The notes under the pieces: generated by a model
Told to the model about the DNA's origin: nothing
Database searches by the model: none
The model's input: the letters and a program-made list of their open reading frames with translations, nothing else
Program-made: the position numbers and the translations under genes
From: Hyphochytrium catenoides
Lineage: Eukaryota > Protista > Hyphochytriomycota
Direction of reading: 5' to 3'
Length of the DNA: 55,486 nucleotides
Assembly: GCA_900088475.1 (NCBI GenBank)
Contig: FLMG01004727.1
Location: forward strand, 1 to 55,486
Shown here: in pieces, positions 48,266-55,486 of the stretch
Layout of the letters: the number at the start of each line of letters is the position of its first letter
How positions within the stretch are numbered: position 1 is the first letter of the stretch

Positions 48266-51020
48266 TGTGAAGGGGTAAAAACCATGGTCAAACGGGACCA
48301 TTGACCAGTTGCCGAGAAGCATCAAGAGCAGAGCGGTCACACTGAAGCTTCACCAGAAGATGTCTTACACAATCAACGACGACGCCCGACATAGCTCCCC
48401 CAAACGGCTCCCAAACCAGTGGACAAATTGCAGCCATACAACCTTACAAGGTGCCTCATACTTCTTCAACACTTCGCCTTCTCATTCAGACAAACGACCT
48501 TGATAGCCGGCGGGCGTGGAGTGCTGCATAAGGAAGGGTTCTAGAGGTTAGGGTTAGTCAAAAATTAAAAAGAGTGTTTCCTAGTTGACTACTGTTTGAA
48601 GAACAAGGGAGATCCAAATATGTACCACGAAGACTAAAACGAGAAACAACGAAGAACTATAGTAGGCCAAAAAGAAAAGAAGAGCAAAGGAGCAAGGACT
48701 TCACCCGGCCCTCTAGGGCCAGGCATTGACGGGAAGCGGCTGTGGGGCCACCAGCAGTCGCGATGGGGCGGGGAGCTCGTCCTCGACTCCAATGATGCTA
48801 GAGAGGAATAATTGTAGATCTTCCTCCTCACGACCAACGACCACAAGGGTATAGTCAGGAGCTGGAGCTGGGGCTGGAGCACTGGCAGGAGCGGGAGAAG
48901 AAGCAGAAAGGAGAGGAGTAGAAGAGATAGAGCAGAGAAGACGAAGGGTGAAAGGCGGCAAGCAAGGGCGCTAAAGGCGGTAATCTGGTAACTATCGTCG
49001 TACCGGCGGCCTCCTCATGTAAAGCCAAAGACACTTGTTTAATTTAAGCGGTGACGAAAGAACTGTACATCGCGTTTCAAAGCAAGGGTTCGGTCGGGCT
49101 GGGCAGCACAAATAGTAGTGACAAACGCCGCAACGGAGGCAGAGCCCCCACCAAAGGACTCCCAAACTAGAAGGAGGAAGTCGATCTGGTGGGCATGGCA
49201 AGCAGCCAGGTACTTGTGGCTCTTACGGTCCTCAACCGCAACCATCTGATATTCAGACCGTTCCGCTGCATAACGAAGGTACTTTATCGCAGCGGTTGGG
49301 TGACAGAGATATCAAAGGCTGTGACTAGGAACTGATTACTATATCCAGGGAACGCCAGGTCACCAGGGCGGGAGAAGGGAGAGCGAGAGAGCAAGTAGAG
49401 CGGCTCCGAGAGCAGCGTTATCTGGCGTCCGACCCTGCAGAACTTAAAAGGGAGAGTATATGATTATGACGGCGGGAGGCGACGTCGTGGGCATCCATGT
49501 CCGCTCTTCGGCAACTCTCGCATACAGCAGGGGCTGTAGAAGAGGAAGACCAAGGAAGCGCCGAGGCATAGCCCGAAGTAAAATGGCGACTGAGCCTTAT
49601 GCAGCAGAGCCCCACGATGAGAAGCGGCAAGGAAAGCCCCAGCATGCGGGAGAGAAACAGAACAAAGACGAGCCGGAGAAGTAGGAGAGGGAAGAAAAGA
49701 AGACGGAATTGAGTGCACTTCCAGAGACAGTGACAAACTTTTTGCTGTAACTCCTTGACGCCAACAAGCAGAAGGAAGCCATGGCGCTTCTCTGACTGCT
49801 CCGGCAACCGCATGTCATGGTAGAGGGAACGAAAGGAGCACTCAACCGCCGCAGGACGGCCTGCAGGTGATCGGAAGGCAAGCCTAAGTGTCAAGACACA
49901 AGTTCATAAGAGAGCGCTAGGGAACCAACGAAAGCAAGGCGGGAGATAGCGGAAGCAGGCAGGAGACCCAGACCGCCAAGCTTGATGGTAAGAGAAGCCT
50001 GCTTTTATCATGCAGAATCACGAAAGGGGACCGTGGAGGCCCAATCCACAAGACGCCTTTAAATCCGCTTATCCCTCAGGTCAAATTCAGGCAACTGACA
50101 GAGAAGAAGAGCCGGGGGACAAGTGCGGAGAAGGTGATTTATCCTGACCACGCTTATGCAGCCCCTGAACATTGCGATACGAACTTGGAGTTCTTCAACC
50201 TGATCGAGAAGAGAATCAAGAGAAAGGAGGCGTGCAAAGAGAGAAGACAAGAAGGAAGTAAACGAAGGCCGGGGAGCCTATAGGGTCCCAGAAGCTCTAT
50301 TCCACACGGAGAGACACGTATTATCGCCGGGGGAAACTCCTCCGGAGAGGAGGCTCGGGAAGGCCACCAAAACCCACACTTAGCAAGGTTCAAAGAGAGA
50401 CCAAGGGAAGGGGAGAAATCGTTAATGAGCTTGAGAGCCTGGAGAACAGAAGCCTGGCATCCTATCAAGGTGCCATATGCATCATCAAGGTACCAAGTAT
50501 GCAGAAGGAGATCAGGTACCGACTCCCGCAACAACGTAAGGACCAAGGGCTGTTGTATGCAGCGCACTAGAAAAACGTAGAAGTGGACCCAAAGGATCAC
50601 CCTGCTGGATCCCCGAGAGCTAGAAAGACGGAAGGGGCCATGAAAGAGATGGGACGGCTGGCCATAACAGAAGTTAACCCAGGGATAGAGAGAGTGAAAA
50701 TGGAGGCAAATCTTCTGATCAAGTAAAAATTTAGATCTGCTAATACGAATAAAAGCATTATTGGAAAAGTCCACCTTGAGCATAACCAGGTCTGGATCGT
50801 CACCATGTTCGTTGACCACTCGTCTCACTGCATGAACAATGGCTTCCGACCCCGCCCGCACAGCATCCACCCCAACCTGGAGAGGAGAGAGGTAATCATC
50901 ACTAACTTCAGACTTCACCTTGGAGCAGCAGCAGCTGTTGGCGGCCGACCTCCGAAATGTTTCACCCAGCGCTATAGGCCTTACACCTCTTCTGAATCCT
51001 TCCAAAGCCCATAGAGAGGG

Positions 51021-52096
51021 TGTTTTATGTGTATCTTCTCTGACGGCTGCTAACCACCTGATTGCGCAATGGACACGACGGATCGGCCGTTGTATTATGG
51101 GAGGATGTGACTCCTCCTCCTCTCTGAGAGTACTCTCAGGGCGGGTAGTCCTGACTAGAGTCGGCAACGAATGGCTCTGACGAAGGATGCTCTCTTTCGT
51201 TCCCTTTCTTCTTCTTCCTCGTTGTGTGTTTTAGGATAACCTGTTGACATAACTTCTCTTGCATGTTACTACTGGCTCAGTCGACGCTCAATGTGATTAG
51301 ACATACTCCTCCTCACGTACGATGTGACCCTGAAGCATATTCCGGGGGCACTCAACTTGGTAGCCGCAGGAGACCGAACCATTTAACAGCGCTAGAGCTT
51401 AACACTGCAGGAGTTACCTACTCGGAAGCGGGGTGTGAAGGTGGCAGAAGACGACCTATGCGAACGGATGTTGAAGGGTTTCAAGCAGGATGGGTACTTT
51501 AAGGAGCTTTGGACGGTGCTAAAGAACCCTGGAAAGAAGACTAAGGTCACTCTAGCCCGACTCAAGCGCTTCCCGTTATGTCCTAACACGAGCCTAATTC
51601 TGGCCCTCCGAGCGAGAAGGAAGCGGAGCTGATAGGATTTGCATTCCCGGGGCAGACAAGGAGCTCGTCACTCAACTCTTGGTGGAGGCACACGACACAA
51701 GGTCTACGACTCACACTCTGCTATCAGCGCGACACAAAAGCAGTAATGGGCCTTATTTTTCTGTCCCACAGACATTAAGCGCTTCATCAACTCTTGCATC
51801 AACTGCGCGAGAACCAAGAGCAAGAACCGACGGCACGGAGTCGTCCATCCCATCAAGAGCCCTGCGAATAAGTGGCACACGGTGTCGATTAAGAATATGT
51901 AAGGAGGAAGAGGACAGAAAGGGGAAGAAAGAGAGCATCCTTCGTCAGAGCCATCCGTTGCCGACTCTAGTCAGGGCTACCAGCGCTGCTGAGAGTACTC
52001 TCAAAGAGGAGAGGTCACATCCCATAATAATACGGCCGATCCATGTCCAGTGCGCAATCAGGTAGTTAGCAGCGTCAGAGGACATACACATATACA
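51021..52096. mobile_element. 1,076-bp TG...CA insertion with ~200-bp inverted terminal repeats enclosing a Ty3/gypsy pol fragment
   Basis: 51021-~51225 is the reverse complement of ~51895-52096. The flanks gaggg / gagtg look like a 5-bp TSD with one mismatch. The core encodes YDVTLKHIPGALN, RICIPGADKELVTQLLVEAHDT and DIKRFINSCINCARTK. Confidence 0.85.
51300..51860 (+). pseudogene. Ty3/gypsy pol remnant (RNase H C-terminus to integrase H2C2 zinc finger)
   Basis: Motifs occur in gypsy order, with internal deletions and frameshifts. Confidence 0.8.
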
Positions 52097-52312
52097 GAGT
52101 GGCATTGGCCACGAAAGGGGCTACATCCGTCCAGAAGAGCACTTGCTTACTTATCTTCATCTCCTCCACACTTCTTCGCTCTTATTTGTATATAATAAGT
52201 GCTCCACACTTCGCTTTTATCTATATATGGGACTATATAGGTGTAACCCTCACCAACAATCCTCGAAAACAGGCGAATCGACATGCTGCTGACGTGTTCT
52301 CCTTTTGCTTAT

Positions 52313-55300
52313 TCAGCTTTCAGTTACCGCGGCGCGACAACGTGACGAGTCTAGAAGGGATTGGTCTTCTTGAATATATTGCCTGGCTGCGTCAAACAGG
52401 AGGAAGCTCTCTTTCGGCTCCACGAAATGAAATGCGTAGAGGATGGAGTGTTTGCCATTGGCCATGTTAATGACAAGAGCCTCCTTCCAGTGGCCTGGGC
52501 TGGATAGTCTTAGCTGCTTATTACTTGAACAGGCATTCACGTGGTGCTCACGAGCATAAGTGTTTATTCCTGCTGAACGTGGTGTATGCGCTCCTCCGAG
52601 GGTGCGCTGATTGACTCGACGAGCTCATTCGCCGGGTCAGCTCCCACCTCCTCACACGCAACCAGGACTGTAGCCTAAAATCCCCGCAAACGGTCTCCCC
52701 CTGCCTTTCATAAGCATCGATAAGAGTCAATCTGCGCAATTTCGCAGCCGCCCCACGTAGGTGAATGGAGATCTTCATCAGGCTGACTCTTTCTGTGGTT
52801 GCATTGCACTGTCGGCTGGCAGGCTCCGCTGTAGCAGCCGCAACCTTTGAACTTCCTAGAACAAAGCAAATGATAAATGCCTCTGGTGTTGTCCCACAAA
52901 GCACTACTAGTGCGGCTTCTTCCATATTAACAGACCCACACGCTGTTGGTCAGTAGTAATGAGAACCTCAACGACGAGTCTGCCTTTTTTTTTTTCCCCG
53001 GTGGAAGGGAGTAGAACTAGTCCAGTAAGACATAGAAATAAGGCACTGTTCTGCTGTGGTGGGGAAAAGTGTGAGCAGCAGGACTAGCTAATCAACAACT
53101 AACGGAGTTCTTGTCTTGCCTCTTGGGCTGGCCATCAGGCCTCAGTGCCATCCTCTAACTGCACCAGGAGAAACTATTCATCATATATGACAGGCATAGT
53201 TTACCTATTCTATAGGGCTATCTCCTTCTCATTGCCTGCCTGTCTTGGGGTTGATCGAGTCTGCGCCAAGGATCGAATCTGCAGACTGATTTCTGAAGCC
53301 GCAATAAGCTTCAGATATCTGTCGACCTACCAATAACGAAAGTACTAAGAGGACTATCTGAGCTGGCAGCGCAACAGTCCGAAGAGTGGGAGGAGAGGGA
53401 AAAGAGAGAATGAACAGGCGAGAGGGAAAAGAAAAGGGAGAGGAGAGAGAGAGAAAGACAGAGAGAAAGAAGAAAAAGAAGAGGAGGGCAGACGTCGGCA
53501 AAAGCGCTGCTTTGCAAGCATCCAAAAGGCAATGGCGGCCACAATCATAGGTAGTACTTGCAACCACGCTCCTGTTCCAGCTTAGCGTTAGGAAAGAGGG
53601 CGAGAAGGAGAGAAGTGCGAGAAAGAGAGAAGCAGGATAGTGTGAGACAGTATCAGAGAGGAGAGAGCGATAGGGAGAAGAAAGATGAACAAATCAGAGG
53701 AGGGCGGCGAGAAAAGAAGAGTATTTAGCAAAATGGGACTAAGGGCAAATGAGGAGAAGAGGCACAGACCTAGTGATGTTTCTGGTCATCACTAAAGGGC
53801 CACATTTGACTCCTCGCTCCTTTCTTTCAGCCCGCTAGCTCTTGTTGGTGGGACGGGCAGTGTCGGGTGGCGGTTATTACTTGGGAGCAATAGGCGAGAT
53901 GAAGCAGTTCTTTTTGAGAAGGGCGAATTCCTGGTGCTGCGGTGGTTCTACCACCGGCGGCGTTCTAGCGAATCAACTCCTTTCTTTTTCCTCTTTCTCT
54001 TCTTTCCCCCTGCTGCTCGACGTATCTGCTATCGAGGTCCACCCATTCTTCTTCGTAGGCTTCCTGTTGCTTCCATTCTAAGCCCTCCTCTGCGCACTCT
54101 ATTGTATGGGTCTCCTGCTAATTTGCTTTTCATAGAGATGGAGCACTTGTGCAGCACACACGTAAAAGCGTAGCTTATCAATAGTTACCACCCACAACTC
54201 ATCTTCTTCATGCAGCCAATAGAGCTTTCATCAAAACTGACTCATTTAATCCCTTTCCGAGGCACCGCCGCATCAGCTCTGCACTCCATTACATCTTTTG
54301 CATTCTCCCTCTTCCACTAATCATTTCTTCTAAGTCTGAGAAGCAGCCTCAATAAAGTTGTCATGGGTAGCCTTCCGCCCGCTTTCTTGTTGTCCTCTCC
54401 TCTTCTTTGTTGTCCTCTTCTCTTCTAGCACCCCAGAAAACGTCTCTTCTATGAACGTACATTCTCTCCCTTCCCCTTGATTACTTTCCATCGACCGCGT
54501 GTCATCCTGCCTGGCCCGCTGCCGTCGACACTGAAACGAGCAGTAGTAGACAACCCTGAGTGGAATTTGAAGGCGGACCAGCCCTTGGTCTCAACCAGGT
54601 TCACCCTATGGGCCCTGATAGTGTACCACTGCCCTCTTACTGCCCAGCTGCAATGGCAGGCTGCCGTCTTCGAGTGGGGGGGGACACACACACAGAATAA
54701 AACTCTTCATAGAGCCTAGTTCTATAGAAAGGAAAGAGTAAGTCACCGTAGACAGAAGCGACAGGAGTGAAAGGGAACAGACAGAGCCAAGAAGTGGAAG
54801 GAGATTGGAGGGAGGTAACAAGGAGGTAGACACTACGACTGTCTCTGCTGTCATTTGTAAGGATTGTTGCCTCTGTGGAACCGACTCTCCCTTGCCTTCT
54901 GTTTAGCTTTCTTGCCCCCTCGAGTCTCATCTTGGAAAAACGGAACATCACTTCCTGCTCAATCCGCAACCATTGTCGGACCACAAGGTGGGGAGAGAAG
55001 GGAGGAGGGACTGAAAAGTGAGGCGCAGCAGAGGTCATTAACAGAAGGGATATCAGATAGTATGGCTGGGAGCTAAGGCACGGAACTATACAGAGTAAGG
55101 CAGGAGAAATGTCCTTGGCCGTGTGAGAGGAACTAAAGATGGGAGAGAGAGGTGAGGGGAATGAATGAGAAAGAGAGAGGTGGAGAGAGAGGAAGGGACT
55201 CTAGAGGGACTACATGCAGGGAGGAAAGCTTCAATAGAGCCGTCTTGGACAACTGTCTCTTTCGAACGGTAAGCTGTCAAGGACGACGGTCTTAGTTCAG

Positions 55301-55319
55301 CTTGCTGTTGATTGGGCAT
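52313..55319 (-). CDS. Possible intron-rich hypothetical gene (may be degenerate)
   Basis: Short protein-like segments separated by pyrimidine-rich intron-like tracts (e.g. VRQWLRIEQEVMFRFSKMRLEG, VNLVETKGWSAFKFHSG, and hydrophobic LQVLPMIVAAIAFWML). No complete model was built. Confidence 0.25.
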
Positions 55320-55486
55320 CCTCTATTGTCTTTCTGTTTCCATTCTCACTCTGCCGAATCTCTCTCGCCTTCAGCATTTCATCTAAGTCCCTTAATCTAG
55401 TTTTGCTCTCCCTGTTTCTCTCTTTTTGTTTGTTTTCCTTCGTATTCTCTGTAGGTAACTCTCCATCTCTCTCTCTCTCTCTTCTC

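Larger units (their letters stand above)
48990..52140 (-). mobile_element. Degenerate CRE/SLACS-clade non-LTR retrotransposon (RT + restriction-like endonuclease), frameshifted, 5'-truncated, interrupted at 51021-52096
   Basis: RT motifs GVRPIALGETFRR, PLQVGV..GSEAIVHAVR, LKVDFSNAF, QQGDPLGPLL (shifted frame), WYLDD and GLSLNLAKC. Downstream come LGGLGL, RHNHIL, RPGDL..AFDISVT and KSHKY..LVWESFGG (PD-(D/E)xK endonuclease). Many stops and frameshifts. Confidence 0.9.

Noticed and set aside
48545-48560. Telomere-like ggttagggttag (and ggttaggg near 38348)
   Set aside because: Only one or two units, which is expected by chance.
51021-52096. DIRS-type retrotransposon
   Set aside because: No tyrosine recombinase sequence; the integrase zinc finger and apparent TSD argue against it.
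1-55486. tRNA, rRNA, snRNA genes, CRISPR arrays, prokaryotic operons
   Set aside because: No convincing signatures were seen by eye and the sequence is spliceosomal-intron eukaryotic DNA. A tRNAscan/Infernal run would be needed to exclude small RNAs.

Overview
Eukaryotic nuclear DNA with short GT-AG introns (mostly 50-110 nt), most likely from a flagellated stramenopile, as inferred from a mastigoneme/Sig1-family EGF gene. The window has two halves. From about 2.6 to 36.5 kb it is gene-dense: a DUF6818/Myb-like protein, an AP2 protein, the mastigoneme-type EGF protein, REV7, TMEM41, a Btz-like RS protein, RPL8, a Moonraker-like EF-hand protein, PRMT7, an intronless TTL-family ligase, a Frizzled-CRD plus GOST-type 7TM protein, a Popeye-type cNMP-binding membrane protein and PXMP4. 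From about 36.5 to 55.5 kb it is gene-sparse and repeat-rich: a stand-alone MHYT membrane sensor, a small secreted protein with an RSLR motif, a dispersed (TTC)n-tailed repeat family, an assembly gap and a decayed CRE-like non-LTR retrotransposon. That retrotransposon is interrupted by a 1,076-bp TG...CA element with long inverted repeats around a Ty3/gypsy pol fragment. The two most notable observations are the Fz-CRD/GOST-7TM chimera and this inverted-repeat gypsy-derived insertion. All gene models were spliced by hand and all family calls come from motif recognition; no database searches were run.
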